A DNA stretch of 64,000 bases, taken from positions 23,312,001 through 23,376,000 of the forward strand of contig CM060731.1 of NCBI GenBank assembly GCA_030704615.1, in the 5' to 3' direction. A program made the translations under genes and the position numbers. The notes under the pieces are model-generated. The model saw nothing but the letters and a program-made list of their open reading frames with translations, did no database searches and was not told the origin of the DNA. Positions 25,895-38,906 of the stretch are shown one piece after another. This stretch comes from Takakia lepidozioides (taxonomy: Eukaryota > Plantae > Bryophyta). Within the stretch, counting starts at the first letter, position 1; every line of letters begins with the position of its first letter.

Positions 25895-28665
25895 TCACTC
25901 CAACAATTTTCGATTCTTGAAGCAATCAACAGTTTCTTGGATTACTTCCTCCAATGGTTGGTATGAAAGTCCCAGATTCTGCAATTTTTGTGTATTGAGT
26001 GTGTAATATGGGGGCCTCGGTGTAGTCTCGTCAGCACATCTGAACACCCACCCAAACCCAATCTCAACTTCTGCTAGCCAGTAGGTCATAACCCAATCCA
26101 CAAGAAACTGGAATGACTCACTTGAGATGCAACAGGTGCAAAAATGCAGGTTGCACACTTCATTGAGTTTGTATAGAGAGGTGTTGGGTTTCCCTCGGAC
26201 ATTTCCACACATCAGAATCTTGGACTCATTTTGGTAGGCTTCCTACTATGTGGGGCTAAGAAGTCTCAGCTCCCATGCGAATAGGCCAGACAGGCTTTTC
26301 TTTGAGACGGTCTTACTCTCCTGGAAAGAAGGAATGTTGTTTGCCACAATTCAAATTCCTAACCACAATTACAATGATGCATGTATAGCCCCACTCTGCC
26401 AACTGAACTTGGCCAGGCCCGGCATTTTTCTACCTCCCTCTCTTAAATTTGCCTCTGCTCACCTCCTCGATCAATGTTGGTTAGGCACAGTTAGACACCA
26501 ACAATACCTGTGTAGATATCTCTATGTAGATAGAAAACACACTGTCAAACTAATTGGCTCCCTCAGATGACGTCCATAAGAAAGAACCTCCTAGGCCAAG
26601 GTGACCCTGCATACTCCCATGGTATTACAAGGTTGGCATATCCAATCTCCCCACTGATACAGGCCAGCAAGGAAGGGGGAGGAGAAAGTGACATACTTGG
26701 TGGGAATGGGATACGAGGGGTAAAGCTTGGTAAGAATGGCGATAAAATCAGAAGCACGAAGCACACAATTCGAACATATATACCGCCCAGTCGCATCTGG
26801 ATTCTCAAATACCAAAACATGTGCCAGTGCTACATCTATCACCCCTACCCAGCCATTAACTATGTTTGGATATGTCTTTGCGGTCCCTGCAACCACCCAT
26901 CAAATTGAAGCCATACTTTTGAGTCCTCTTATTCCGAAATTCACCACAACAGTATTCAATTCAGCCACGGACATCTCGGCAATAGAAAGTGGCCTACTAT
27001 GAGACTCACCAGAGAGGAAGTGAAGCAAAATCGCTGTGCTGCTGCTGGGAGAGGATTGCAGAAAGGGGCCACTGACACCGCTGGGGTTGACAACCACCAG
27101 GTCCAGGTCCTTCTCCTTTGCAAAATCCCATGCTGCCTTTTCCGCGAGTATCTTGGACAATACATACCATTGCTGCACCCCATCCATCCTTAACCAGTCA
27201 AATGGTCTACAACTCCCTCATTGTCATTTTCCTTGAAACGAGATCGACCGACAGACAGTCAGACCAGACACATGGAACAATGAAGAGACACAACTGTCGG
27301 AACAAGATGGAACAGGCAGACCCAAGGGCACCTTAGTTTCACGGCAATACTCAGCATCACTCCAAACACTCTCGTCGATGACAACATTGTCAGCCCGGTC
27401 ACGAAGGTAGCTGACTGCTGCCACGGATGATGTCAACACAATACGCTTTGTGCCTGCCTTGGCACATGAGTTCAACACATTCAATGTTCCCTTCACTGCT
27501 GGATCAATAAGCTGCACCTGAAACACCCGTCCATAACCCACTGTAAGCATTCAGTCTTCACTGTCCAGTGACCATCCAGCCAATCATGTTTTGGTTACCT
27601 AGATTCATTCTTAGCAACTAAAACCAAACTCACACTGGTACATTGAGATTAACCTACTGAAGGTAACCCTCCCATGTTTGAAAGTCCCAGATTACACTAT
27701 GTATCTTATATATTCTGTTATGCAAAATACTCCGGCGATTGATGCTGATAAATGTACATGGGACTCTGGTAGTCTCCAAGAGAAAAACCACACAGCAGCA
27801 ACGTACAAGCAACCGACCTAGCAAGGCATAGGTAGGACAAACCTGGGGATCTGTGATCTTGTCTTGAAAGAAGGGAGACGCAGTGTGGAAAACGCCATCG
27901 GCGCCTTCCACAACTTTATCGAAGCTTCCTGGAACCAAAAGATCGGCTTCGAACAGCTCCAACCGTTCATCGGCGCCTGGCAACTCTCTGATGTGCTGCG
28001 CTTTGTCTGAGTTCCCCCTTCCCCTAGTAAGCCTCACCTCTGCAGTGAAGTCTGGGATGTACATGTCTAACAGAACGCCCGACATAAGCATTGATGCGGA
28101 AGAATGCGGACTAACGTAGTCGACTTGCAGCATGGCTCAGAGTGAGTGACACACCAATCCCTTTTTGGGAACAATATACTCAACTCTGAAAGGTTATCTC
28201 TTCAAAAACCAAAGTGGGCTTATTGGGAACATTGTGGTGCATTACTCATTTGCAGCAATATTTGGGAGCAAGACAGTTTTCTTCTTGCAGGTACAGTGTC
28301 TCAAATTGTGGGCAACAGACGTGCTAGTCCCCGCCCAGCAACATTCACACCACTGACCATTCCAGGGGTTGTACAAGATTCACTCACTTTTATTGTAGTT
28401 GCAGGAAATCCCCAGTGTTACCCAAAATGATTCGACTTTGTAGACCCACACAACACAATCTGACCAAATCCCCTACCGGGAGCTGAAGATTCGATCAATC
28501 TGAATGCCAGATTGCACTAGCTGAAAACGAGACACAAGTGAATGCAGACTTACTTGGATCACGAACAGTGCCACGCACGGTGTAGCCACGCTCCAGTAGA
28601 AGCTTCACAAGCCAAGATGCGATGAAGCCCGTAGCTCCCGTGACAACGACTGTGCTTGGAGCCAT
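25895..28665 (-). CDS. Cinnamoyl-CoA reductase-like NAD(P)H-dependent reductase, about 330 aa
   Basis: Six exons (28554-28665, 27843-28039, 27332-27517, 27010-27172, 26697-26886, 25895-26039) sum to 993 nt. Motifs [27 protein letters not shown] and WYVLSK (YxxxK) are present. The true-CCR NWYCY signature is absent. Confidence 0.9.
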
Positions 28666-30021
28666 GGCTGGCGATGCAGCTGCTTATATCTACTCCTCAA
28701 CTTTCTCCACACAAATACTTCTCAGTACCCACAAACACCTTCCTCCCGAAAAAGCTCAATTATGCTTCGAGCGTATCTTCAACACTGCCGGCGACATATA
28801 GAGGTGAAGGAAGATGAATATAAATACACTGTGAGGAGTCAACGCTGTCAGTTTCCTCAGAACATGGAGTTGGTTACCATCCCTACCTCCTTCCTCGGCT
28901 CGCTTGAGTTGCAATCCTTTCTCGCCCAGAGCGGGTTTCTTCCCGAGTCCTCTGCAATTTCACGTGGGAAGAGTCACAGGAGGCAAATTCAATAGGGCCA
29001 TCTGTCGCTGATTGTCAACTCCAGGGGACCACCCTCTCCTTCCGCATGGAGAGAATCTTGGAGCCCGCACATGAGGCAACGGCTTGTTCGTAGCCTGACG
29101 CATCCACGAGGGGACCAGGTTTTTCCTCGTAACCACAACCAGTGCTGTTCCTGAAGCCCTGCTCAAAACAGTGTAACTTACTGAAAACACAACATGTCTT
29201 TCGTTGGTCTTTATAACCTGACCTCCCCTCCTTCGCTGCACATGGCAGCATCGGAGGTTTGTTTGTTCTGCCCTTCTTCTAAGGGTAGGGACTATCAGCT
29301 TGGTGAATTCACCCTTAACACTATATCATGGGTTATCAAACTTGAAAATTCATCCAATTTTTCTTAAGTTGTTCAACAAGCTGGAATTGTACCAGGGATG
29401 ATTTTGTTGCACACCGGCAGAAGGAAACATTTCAGAGAGAAGCTGATAAGCTTTGGGTTCAAATGCAGAATGAAGTTTTGCAGGAGTTCCATGAGCAAGG
29501 CTATACGTTGAACGAAAGCACATGACGGTTTGTCTGTAAAATCTTTCAACTTTGTGAGTTCTGGTTGGGGAATGGAGAGCGGAGAGGAGATCTCAGAGAT
29601 ATCTTGGTCATACTTCTCACCCCACTGGGTGTCGCAGGGTGCCTGCCTCTGCCATTTAACTATGTCATTATTGGTCAGAATGGCCAAGCTGTCCATAGAG
29701 AGTCTGAATGGGTGATCCTCATACTCAAACGAAGGAACCACAAATCTTGACCTGTCTAAAACTTGACTTGCCCCTACTGCATGCAACACCAGCTGCCAAA
29801 AGTAATTGCGACAACGGCACCCTGGCAGCCCTTTGTGCACTTTTCTGCCAGTCATCCCACCCTATGAGGTGCAGGACAGATTGGAGAGACTAAAAATATT
29901 CTGGTTCCTCCATAATAGATGTGCAATACTAAATTGTACATTAAAAGCAAAGGACGCATAGAATGTCATGTGACAGCTCCCACAAGCCAAACGCTACTTA
30001 TTCAGAGGTCTATTTATGCAG

Positions 30022-30077
30022 GGTGTGGAGGAAGCAAGGTGAAATATGAGCTTGACAAGAAGAGAGGTGTTATCAAG
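30022..30077 (+). pseudogene. Second copy of the isolated pyrophosphatase exon
   Basis: GSKVKYELDKKRGVIK|gtaa with a 10-nt deletion relative to a 66-nt exon. Confidence 0.75.
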
Positions 30078-31304
30078 GTAATGTGCTCCTTTGGCCACCT
30101 ACCATCACGAATATCATGCTTTAACTAGGATATAGTGCTAAGTTGCTCTCTGTTTGGTTTATCACTTGTGGAAGTAGCCAATATCTTAATCTGGTTGTCT
30201 TGCACATGCCAGATCATATGCAAAGAACAAGTTGACAATTCTGCAAACTTCTCATTGACAAAACAAATCTTTCTAGTCTAGAAGCCATACTGAAGCTTCA
30301 CGTCACCTTGGTCTTTGCAGAATTTTCCTGGGGATGATAATTGAAGAAAGAACGTTTTCATGACACTTGTTGACAGAACGCTCAAAGAACTCATGGGACA
30401 AGAGAAAGCCGGACACAAGAAATAGAGTGGGGCCAGCAAGAGAGAAATGAATGAAATGAAATGGTGCTTTCTAACTGGAGTATTTGTGCTTTAAAAGAGA
30501 GAGAGAGTTGTGAAATCTTACCTTGAGCTGCTGGGAAAGGGTAGTCGTAACGAGCTGAAGGTAATCTGGAATGTCCATACCAGGCGGTGAGGTTGGATTG
30601 TAGAAACTTGTATTATCCATATTTAGTAGAGTCATTGGTGCCAGTAAGGAAGTAGTAAAGGGAATAACGGAAGAACTCATGAATACCTGCCTCTTTCCCC
30701 AGCATCTGGTGAATTTCTGGCTACGTTTGATCTTTGAAATTAGTATCCCATCTGCTGGGACAATGTGCTCATGTATGTGTGTATGTTGTCACTTCTGATA
30801 CAAATTACCAAACCACAACTGGAGCTGGAACCTCATATTTACTGTATAAGACAAGATCAGGAAACTGGCAATGACAACCTGCACGGATGGAGCCTCATGT
30901 GACTGAGTGCTTGTTTGCTCAGCTACCAGGCAGCTCTGGCAGTGACAACCTGCACGAATTGCTTGTGCCGTTAAAGGGAAGTTCCTAAACTCGTCAACCC
31001 TGAACTGGGGTTGGGGTGAGAAGGGAGAATGCCATGCAGTGCGCCCTAGAGTTCCTAAAGCCTCCAATGGAGTACCCGTGCTGCTCCTGGCATCCGTAAA
31101 AGTACTTTTGTAGCTCGTGACGACCTATAAATCACTGTTCAGATATTGAGTGACCTTCACTGGTATTGATCAACAGGGCCACACGAGGTGACAACAAAAG
31201 ACATCCCACACTGACTAACGACCCCTCCAGATCATCTCTGGATTGTCTGATCGCAAGGTCGCCATTCGGGAAGCAGGCTCTTCAGACCCATTGCTCACGC
31301 CCCC

Positions 31305-31518
31305 CAGGTCTCCAATTGTACGCGGGCATCAGTTGGGTTCAGTGTCACATCCTCAGTATCCTCCATCAGCTCTGAATGTGTAATCATCTTCTCCTCGTTA
31401 ACTACAACTTCTGGCTTTGGCTCTGGCGACCAGTGCCCATCTTTAAGCCCTGACGGAGAGTCATGGTGCCTAAGAATCTACAAAGACAAACCGGAAGCCC
31501 ATACTTTTCGCATTCTCC
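31305..31518 (-). pseudogene. SPT16: SPT16 fragment (copy 2)
   Basis: Near-identical to 13500-13710; encodes EVVVNEEKMITHSELMEDTED. Confidence 0.75.
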
Positions 31519-32411
31519 TCCTAACAATAACCTGTTGCATGCTCGTTGCATGCAAACCGGTTAACAATAGCTCTCAGTTGTGTTATGATGCTTACGTTCC
31601 CCATGTGCGATGGCCCTCTCACGCGAGCAGCAGATGCAGCACACAGCACCCAACTCAGATGCCTACACACTGGATGCACGCCGCCACAGCAAACCCCCTG
31701 AACGCACCTTGATCAACACTTCCCTCCACCCAACCCCCTTGCACCTTCACGTTTGCTTCCATCTTTCCTTCCTGCAACCAACATCCGTCCAGACTTCTAT
31801 TACTGTCTCTCACAGAGACCCACAGAGACTTGGATGTGGCATACTGTCTGCCCAGTATTCATACAACCCATTACTTACCTTGATGCTGCTTAGCAGTGTT
31901 CTAAAGATCACTCCGGTGGATACTTTTCACTTGTTATTAGTATTTTTTTCTTTTTTTCTTTTGTTTCTTGTAAGAAAAATTTGCATTACTCTATTGATGG
32001 GATCTTTTTTGTTCTTTTTCTTTTTCCATATTGAAATGATAACTTTTTCAAGGAAGTTGTGGCATACTTTTTAGAAAAGCTAAATTGACGTGCAAAAGAG
32101 AAGCCAAAAGGATTCGAGACAAAATGTATATAAGGATGCAGTTTTCTGTTCTATTTTACACTTCATCCTTGACATTGCTCTCTCCAGGCTTCCTAGCTCG
32201 AGGTGTTTGTTCCTCAAACATAGTTTTGGTAGCGCGTTCTCTCTCCTATGGATCTTGCTCACTGCCGTTCGGTCTTTGCAATTGCTCATTAGTTTTGGTA
32301 GCTCTCTTCCTATCTGATTTTGCTCACTTGCGGGTAGTTTTGTTGCTCAATAGTCTTAGAATATAGCTCCTCTCATCAAGTTTTGGGGTGTGTAGTCTTA
32401 TATTGGTGGCA

Positions 32412-33602
32412 ATGGCAATCACTATGCATCGTATGATACAAAGAGGTGTGTTGTTACATTTGGTGATCTTAGCTTCGGCTTTCAATCCGGTCAAATCAGT
32501 TTGTCCATCGGGTGCCGTGTTCATGTTCGGAGACTCGCTTTCTGACACTGGAAATGATCAACTAGCATTTCCATCAAACCAACAAGTACACTTGAGCAGG
32601 CCTTACGGAGAAACATTTTTTGGACATCCAGCAGGTCGCTTTTCAAATGGGCGTATTGTGATTGATTTTGTCGCTCACGCCTTTGGACTGCCCTTCCTTA
32701 CCCCAATTCAAGCATATGTAACGAACTGTACAAACTCCAATTTTCGACACGGGATTAATTTTGCTTACGCTGGAGCTACTGCACGAAACGATGATTACTT
32801 GGTTCCATATCATCTCGAGCTCCAAGTTGAACAATTTTTGGATTTCAAAGCTAATGCAAAATCAAAACTGACAAGAGACGCGATACCCACTTCAGAAAAT
32901 TACGAAAATGGGCTATACATTATACACGCTGGGGGCAACGATTTCTCATATCAATATCTCCGACACATGGGACCTACAGAGGTCAGGAAACATATTGTGC
33001 CTCAATCGGTGGCTGCAGTTTCAGCTGCTACAGAGAATTTATACAACGCAGGGGCTCGACATTTTTTCATTTACAACAATCCTGCCGAAGGTTGCTCCAC
33101 TATTTTCCTCTCAAATTGGGGCACTCCCGAGGTTTCAAGAGATGAGCATGGTTGTTTGATTCCCTTCAATGAGGTTGTTTCAGCCTACAACGAGGGCTTG
33201 AAAAAGATGATTCATGATCTCCAGCAACGGCTTCCGGGAATTTCTATTCATTTCGGTCGATATTATGATATCAATGTGGACATTGTGAAGAATCCAGAAA
33301 AATATGGATTTCCGAAAGAGAATATATTCCAAGCGGCTTGTGGGTACGGACATCCGTACAATTTCAATTTGGATGCTATGTGCGGAAACATTAACGCAAC
33401 AGTGGGAGGGAAAGTTGTAGGTTTAGATGTATACAAATCTAGAGATCCCAACAATTATATTATGTGGGATGGAGTACACTTTACAGAGGCATTTTACAAG
33501 ATTATAGCAAAGTCGTTTTTGACAGGTGAATATTTAGAGCCGCCAACCAATTTCATGAGAGAATGCAAGTTGAACGGGGAATATTTTGGTAAAGGAATGT
33601 GA
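32412..33602 (+). CDS. GDSL esterase/lipase, intronless, probably secreted
   Basis: Hydrophobic N-terminus, FGDSLSDTGN, GRFSNG, GINFAYAGA, GGND and WDGVHFTE blocks are intact. The start could be ATG 32412, 32424 or 32433. Confidence 0.93.
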   Translation: MAITMHRMIQRGVLLHLVILASAFNPVKSVCPSGAVFMFGDSLSDTGNDQLAFPSNQQVHLSRPYGETFFGHPAGRFSNGRIVIDFVAHAFGLPFLTPIQAYVTNCTNSNFRHGINFAYAGATARNDDYLVPYHLELQVEQFLDFKANAKSKLTRDAIPTSENYENGLYIIHAGGNDFSYQYLRHMGPTEVRKHIVPQSVAAVSAATENLYNAGARHFFIYNNPAEGCSTIFLSNWGTPEVSRDEHGCLIPFNEVVSAYNEGLKKMIHDLQQRLPGISIHFGRYYDINVDIVKNPEKYGFPKENIFQAACGYGHPYNFNLDAMCGNINATVGGKVVGLDVYKSRDPNNYIMWDGVHFTEAFYKIIAKSFLTGEYLEPPTNFMRECKLNGEYFGKGM

Positions 33603-35519
33603 TCTATGTAACGCTCATGAATTGAGGATGGATCAGTTCTGTCCTAGGCTGTAGATTCCCAATTGTGTTTGAAATTGTGAAAAATTTAGAAATAAAAGTT
33701 AAAAAAAATAAAATTGTGCAATAAGATATAACATGCATTGTGATCTATCTGTTCTCTGAGGCTCATGAACCAGTTTGTGTCCTTGTCGGTCAGTGCCGGC
33801 TCACTAAGATTCTTGAGGGGTAGGAAACTGTTAGCAACTTCCACCTCCTTCTTAGAACAATTGTCTCAGTTGGCACAGATTCATTACCAGGCTGATTATG
33901 CCCCCTGATCATTCTGACCCCCATGTGTTGTATCCTGATCATCTGAGTCATCGCGTTCCTCTTGCTCCAAGGCCCTGTCGAAGCAACTGTCCTAACTTTC
34001 TTGATGTCAACATCGTCGGCACCGTAAGAAGCCGCTACCTTTTTGGATCCTATGCATGCAGCAGCTATTGTCATACTCTTCTGCACTGTAGCGACCTTCT
34101 TCTTCTTCGCAATTCTTGAGTTGGCCCCCGGAAGCAGTTGAGCACGCCCTGCACCACCAACAGCAATTCAACAAATCTTGAGCTTCAGAGCACGGAGGGA
34201 CGTAACAAGAATTCTGGGATTCTGTTGCATTATGCATGAACTTTCCATACAGATACTGTCACAGGGAGCTGACCTTTAAATGATTGTTTCCAGTGGGCCG
34301 CCGAGTTTGATTGGAATAATTCTGCACTGTTGAGCGTTCGTGCACTACTTCCACGATGGGGCTTGGATCCTCCAAACCCTTCCCAGCTTTTCCCGTTACC
34401 CAAAAACTGAAAGAGTACGAGAACAGCTATGAGCAGGGCCTTTTCGTCTTTCGTCCAACGAAATTCTTGTGCAGGAAATATGCTATCGAATCCCAGCTCT
34501 GACGCTTAGTCATCTCAAGCATTACGTTGGAATTGGGTTCGAAGGGGAAGAGGAGAAGCAGTAGAAAGCTGGGGTAGCTCAGCGTTCATACAGAGGGAAA
34601 AGGAAAAAAAGAAAGTGGAGGCCAAGAAGAGAGAGACGGAGAATGTGCAGGTGATGCATGACCAGATGCACGACGCCGTGGACACCGTTACCAATGTATC
34701 CCCGCATCTCTTGGGCATTCGTGGAATGCATTTCGACAACAGAAAATTTGGATTTCCCATCACTCAATCGTTCCATGAGAAGAATGAAAAATATCTTCGC
34801 AAAGAAAGATCACGTGGATCGGACCCATGTATACTTATAACCGGTGTGCGCCAATGGCAGCGTCTCTCTCAGCAAATACACTAGAAATCTGGCGAACACA
34901 TGTACCGGTACCTTTCTTCGGTTTGTCAAGCTGCATACCCGTCCCCGCTTCACAGTTCGAGCCATGTATCTGCTGCGATGGCAGACCTTCCGTCCAAGGA
35001 AAAGACGGCCTGGGTATGGCCTCTCCATCCGCATAATGTTAGCAACTAATTATACCTGCCATCGTCCGTTACTGTTGAACCCTTCTTGTCACTCGCTACA
35101 GTTGTTGCATCCATCCCTACGATCTCGCTGGTCACTTCCATTGTCGTAGCAAAATCTACAGCTATTTTGGTTGAATTTCACTTCTTGGTCATATGCTTGA
35201 GTGGAATGGACACCCTTGTCCTCCTTCGACTTCTTGGATATGGAGGGTATCGGTGTCTCTCTGAGTGAAGCTGGTATGATGGACCATGATGTGTCCAACT
35301 GCTTTGATTAATGACAAATAAGACACATTTCTGTCACAGCTTTGCAGGTTGTTTGTATTGTTGGATCAGTTTACTGGGAGAATTGAAGTTCGTGGCCTGT
35401 TACTTGAAGCATGCTTACTGAGCTTTGGTGGTGGTAGGCCAGTCTGGGGGAGGATGTGGCTAAAGGTATCGGTGCTCAGCTGTACCGGTAGAAGATTATC
35501 TGACTTCCGACATCAGCAC
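33578..35519. repeat. Left arm of a large inverted duplication (right arm 51094-54967)
   Basis: Collinear reverse-complement matches to the GDSL 3' end, the GT61 5' half and the upstream region, with deletions and one internal inversion. Confidence 0.92.
33761..34518 (-). pseudogene. Truncated GT61 glycosyltransferase duplicate
   Basis: Reverse complement of about 52460-53245. It lacks the ATG and the catalytic C-terminal half and has small frameshifting deletions. Confidence 0.9.
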
Positions 35520-36283
35520 AGAAGGGAGGTCCTTTGGATGGGGAGTCGGTGGGTGAAAGAAATCCTAGCTACAAGGATACGATGTGGAACACAATTGAAT
35601 GTCGGATGGATACCAGAGTATGGCACTAATTCCATTGTGGACATTGGAGCTCAGTTGAAGGTTCAAGATGGGAGCTCAAAATCTGGTTGGATGGAATAGT
35701 GCAATCAAAGGATGGGGTTTGGTTGACCATAGGCTGTGAAGGCATGTGAGTACCATCCCACAATCAGCCTAGCTTGAAGGGTGGCCTTGGGTCGCTAGAG
35801 TTCCCTCCGTACTTCTACAACATCTGTAACTTTTGGTATGTTTGTACATTTTTTGTGTGCATGCGACAGAAACGGTATCCTGATATTCAGTAGTATTCAT
35901 CATTAGAGACTGAGGCAATGGAAGCTCGCAAAGTTCTAATGCTCTTGCAGTTGTTGCACGCAGTTCAAACAATGAGCACAGACCGGCTGTGGCTGGAGTT
36001 GTGGCACAACAGTTCTGATACTCAACATCCAAGACGCCCTTGAATAGAAGGAGATGAAACAGTGATGGTTGAGGGTTGCCAAAGGAACTAAAATACCTCC
36101 TGACAATTTTGCAGTCGCAGGAAGACTGCAGACAGAGTTAGAATAGTACAGGAAAGGAAGAAAAAATACTAGAAGGAACTTTCAAATTTCAAATTTCAAA
36201 GTCATGCCATGGATGTACCGCAACAGAGCACCAATCCATTGTTGCAAGAATGCGGTCATTCAAGGGTGTATGGGTCATGGTCA

Positions 36284-36712
36284 CGGACAGTCATGGTGTT
36301 TGTGCCTGGAGCGCTGCACCATCTGGGTAGCCATCTGGAAGAAGGCCAATCATCTTGACGGGGGTTCAGAAGTGGTCCAATATTCTGACAGGAGTGGACG
36401 TCATTCTCTACATTAAGGAGCGGAAAGAGGATGTCGGAAAGCATATGCAAACAACTTTGGATGTTTTACCAGCCCAAAGTAGAGCCAAGCCTTTGACAGT
36501 TGGGGTGGTGTCCGCAGAGGTTGGAGGATGGACAAGTGGTCTCAATGCCTGAGTGATACAGGTGCTTCTACAGTGTATATATCCGGTGGATTTTCTGCAA
36601 TGTTGCCATCAAGAACAAGGTAAGTAAGAAGTGAAAAGAGTCTGCTTTCAGTTTGTTCTCATAGATTCTTAGCCACCATGACTCTCAGTCAGGGTTTTAA
36701 GATGGGCACTGG
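36284..36712 (+). pseudogene. SPT16: SPT16 fragment (copy 3)
   Basis: TVMVFVPGALH..KKANHLD..LTGVDVILYIKERKEDVGKHMQTTLD; homologous to the reverse complement of about 13630-14050. Confidence 0.78.
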
Positions 36713-37379
36713 TGGTGAGATTTAAGGCAATGACCACAAACCCGCTGTCTTGTTGGTCTGTATGAATCTTCTATGCAATTCACTGAATCCAGGGTTATTG
36801 TGCTTGCCCAAAAATCTCTGGTCACTTGTCACATCTAGTCTCTGCAACCAGTAGTCTGTTTTTGGACACAAATGAGCTTTAAACTGTCAGATAGTCCTGA
36901 AGCTCACTTTTGCAGTCATTCAATATTCTGAGATGTATTATCCTATTTAGAGAGATCACACTCAGAAATGGCAGTGATGCAGCTGACTGTAGTGTGGAGG
37001 GCGCCCCCTTTCAAGGCAAAACCATTCTTGCATCCACGAGATGAACCCATGATAAATAACAGACTTGTTCATGCTTGCGCTCATCTTGACCATACAATAG
37101 TGCAATCTCATCACCGAGCTACTGCTACGACCACGACTCAAGTTACACTGATTCTCTGGGTCTCTGCCAAAAAGCAACTGCCTGTATGATGGCCATAATT
37201 AGGCAAGGACTAAATGCCATATTACCTGTACATTGTAATATGACCCAATCCTTTCCTGTAAATTATGATGCGGATTCTGGGTTAGTATGACAATATATCA
37301 TACTATGCAGGGTTGAGGAAAACCACGGTGGTAGATTTCCACGCACCAGAAGCTGGAGGATGTGGACTGCAGATTGGAG

Positions 37380-37600
37380 CACGAAAAACAATCGTTGTAC
37401 ACCACGCCCAACCCTGGCAGCCTGGCTCTCAAGTCATTAACAGCATGCTTCTTAGGGCACTGTTCTAACTCAGAGCCGTTGTTTGCAGAAACGGTTGACA
37501 TGGCCCCGTTCGTGGTACCTGCGGAGCATTGAATTGAGGGGACGCACCCCAGTGCTCCAACACCAGCCACTCCAATCTTCGTGGCCCCCGGGCTGTCGAG
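37380..37600 (-). pseudogene. Degraded GDSL lipase exon fragment
   Basis: GATKIGVAGVGALGCVPS...AVNDLRARLPGLGVVYND resembles the GARK..PLGC.P exon of plant GDSLs and is divergent from the GDSL at 32412. Confidence 0.65.
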
Positions 37601-38906
37601 AAACGCAACAACACACGCAGGCAATTTGAAACCATCCCATAATTTTCTTCCTGCACTTTCACATCACTTCCACTAAAGAGTGAGTGGGGGTTTTTTTTTT
37701 GTTTGTAGAGAGGAGGTGTGTCAGTGTGCCAGGCTACTAATCACCCCCTCGATAAATGGGGCCCTTACATCCGAAGGGGGAACCTCCTTTATAAATAATC
37801 ATGTCCTTCACACACACAGGGGACTTGGGCTGCGATTGAACCCTTTCTCGCGGGGATGTCCAAGCACCACGTAGCTGTCCGTACAGACAAAAAACCTTGC
37901 AGGAATAAATTTATTTGTAATACAACTGAGTGCTATTTGACTCGCTGTCTGTGGAGCTTTGTGATTGAGAGAATGTACTCATAAGTCGTCGTTCGCCGTC
38001 CGTAGCCTTGTGGCCATAGGGAACAGACACTACCTTTGTGAGGTGCTCACTTCCAAGAGAGAGGGCATGATTATGTAGACTTTCTCCCTGATTTCAAGAA
38101 AGTTCTCTGTAGAGTTTGAGAGCGGTGGTGCATGGTCTATGTTGCACATAAATCTTCCTGAGAATTTCTCGAAGCAGCCTGTTCTCTCATTCTTTGTGAG
38201 TATGAACTTTGGTGGTGGGTTGAAAGGAGGGAGACTAGTGGCATTGAGAATGTGGCGTGCAAGGAACTCTCTAATGAGGTAGTACCAGCACATTTTGGAT
38301 CCTTTCTCAAATAAGTGCAGACTCAGATTGAAGAGAGCTGGCACTCGCTCCTGCCCATCAGGGATTGTAGCAAATGCAGGGTACAATGTGCGCAGTGGCC
38401 GCGCTAGCACCCAGTCTTGTGGCAGGGAAGGAGAAAGTTGATAATTCTGGAAATTGCTTAACTACTTCAGGACGCATCAACGCATAACATCCATAGCAGG
38501 GTTGGACCTAAGGACAAAGTAGAGATCAAGAAGAACCCACAATTCACCTGCAGAATGGCCAGCAAGGGCCCGACCACATCTTCCAAAAACTCTGCTCTAT
38601 AAAATTCCTTTGCCTTGTGATGTTGTACGATACCTACTGCAGACCGTGCAGATCCACAGCTTCACAACCCTGAGGTATTTGTGGGGGCATATCCCAGGCT
38701 AACACCCGCCTATGCAGGACTTTGGGAAAAGGCAGTACCCCTGTGCAGGTCTTTTGTCAGGTACCCTAAGTTTGAAGCAAGCCGGGCAGGTCTTTCAAGA
38801 CCCGGGCTCATGCCGGCCCCCAACCCATATACCTGCCCAAGACTGGAGCGGGCTGGGAGTAAGTCTCTTTTCACGCTCTCTCTCCTCTCCCCGCTGCTGA
38901 GCTTCG

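Larger units (their letters stand above)
29410..31715. repeat. Mosaic of gene-derived blocks duplicated (shuffled) at 11091-14625
   Basis: 29410-29663 = 13084-13335 direct; 29661-30790 = 11091-12137 inverted; about 30960-31265 = 12478-12782 inverted; 31275-31520 = 13470-13710 direct; about 31590-31715 = 14510-14625 direct. Confidence 0.88.

Noticed and set aside
29378-29394. 17-bp match to the PPR repeat (aagctggaattgtacca) at the start of the mosaic
   Set aside because: Too short to establish derivation.
37690-37885. Possible minus-strand SINE with poly(A) tail
   Set aside because: Pol III boxes are too degenerate and no TSD was found.
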